Source: a virus
Reading direction: 5' to 3' (one strand)
IMG/VR virus record: IMGVR_UViG_3300042806_000299
Coordinates: 4,469-68,468 of that record
Length of the DNA stretch: 64,000 nt
Each line of letters opens with the position of its first letter. Position 1 is the stretch's first letter. Under the pieces are notes generated by a model that made no database searches, was not told the DNA's origin, and saw nothing but the letters and a program-made list of their open reading frames with translations. Both the position numbers and the translations under genes were made by a program. Of the stretch, positions 63,475-64,000 are shown one piece after another.

Positions 63475-63997
63475 AGAAGATTTAGTAAAACACCTTGATC
63501 AGGTAAATAACGTTGTTGAAGAATATTTAAAAGGAAACGACCCAACAGTAATTTCAAAACAACTAGATATTCCAAGACAACGTGTTGTTGCGTATATTGA
63601 TGAATGGAAAGTTACTGCATCTAATAGTGCTGCTATACGTGCTCGTGCAAAAGAAGCGCTTTCTGGAGCAGACACTCACTATAGCAAACTAATATCAAAA
63701 TCATATGAGGTTATTGATGAAGCATCAATGACAAACAACCTTAGCGCTAAAACAGCAGCCATCAAACTTGTTATGGATATTGAGTCTAAGCGTATTGATA
63801 TGTTACAAAAGGCTGGTCTATTAGAAAACAAAGAACTTGCAGATGAAATGTTAGAGATTGAAAATAGGCAAGAGGTTCTTGTTGGAATACTTAGAGATAT
63901 AGCATCGTCACATCCAGAAGTTCGTGATTTAATTATGCGTAAACTTTCTATGATATCAAAAGAAAACGAAGTTATAACGGTAATTTCAGATGTATGA
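63464..63997 (+). CDS. probable terminase small subunit
   Basis: N-terminal HTH followed by long helices; typical size; inference from architecture. Confidence 0.5.
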   Translation: MSTEEDLVKHLDQVNNVVEEYLKGNDPTVISKQLDIPRQRVVAYIDEWKVTASNSAAIRARAKEALSGADTHYSKLISKSYEVIDEASMTNNLSAKTAAIKLVMDIESKRIDMLQKAGLLENKELADEMLEIENRQEVLVGILRDIASSHPEVRDLIMRKLSMISKENEVITVISDV

Positions 63998-64000
63998 TGA

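Noticed and set aside
1-64000. Stop-codon reassignment; tRNA/rRNA genes; integrase or holin
   Set aside because: All three stops end genes at sensible boundaries under code 11; intergenic gaps are too short and no cloverleaf or relevant motifs were recognised

Overview
AT-rich 64-kb segment of a large tailed dsDNA phage. It has no sheath gene and a 2786-aa tape measure, so it is siphovirus-like. Almost every gene is on the + strand. Order: (1) about 1-17.3 kb, accessory virion/fibre genes with an embedded glycan-modification operon (2OG-Fe(II) oxygenase, O-fucosyltransferase-family GT, SGNH protein, GDP-mannose 3,5-epimerase, sulfotransferase) and one minus-strand exported lytic transglycosylase; (2) 18.1-21.3 kb, a cobalamin module (class II RNR nrdJ, exported transcobalamin-like/DUF4430-like protein, 44-aa membrane peptide, PduO adenosyltransferase); (3) 21.3-50.3 kb, head and tail morphogenesis (portal, protease-scaffold, MCP, connectors, tube, two paralogous tail chaperones, TMP with LysM, baseplate); (4) 50.3-64 kb, replication/recombination (DnaB, primase, SSB, DnaE, RecA, two resolvases, Cas4-like nuclease), ending in a probable small terminase. 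Many genes have TGnTATAAT-type promoters 6-7 nt before the start codon, implying leaderless mRNAs; with PASTA/LysM domains this suggests a Gram-positive, probably actinobacterial, host (inference). Best candidates for undescribed systems: a phage-encoded (L-galactose?) glycosylation/sulfation pathway next to a mucin-like PASTA protein, a B12 capture-activate-use module, an FN3-(FGA)n-Hint autoprocessing protein, and frameshift-independent duplicated tail chaperones. All family calls come from motif recognition by eye; no database searches were run. No tRNA, rRNA, CRISPR array or integrase was recognised.
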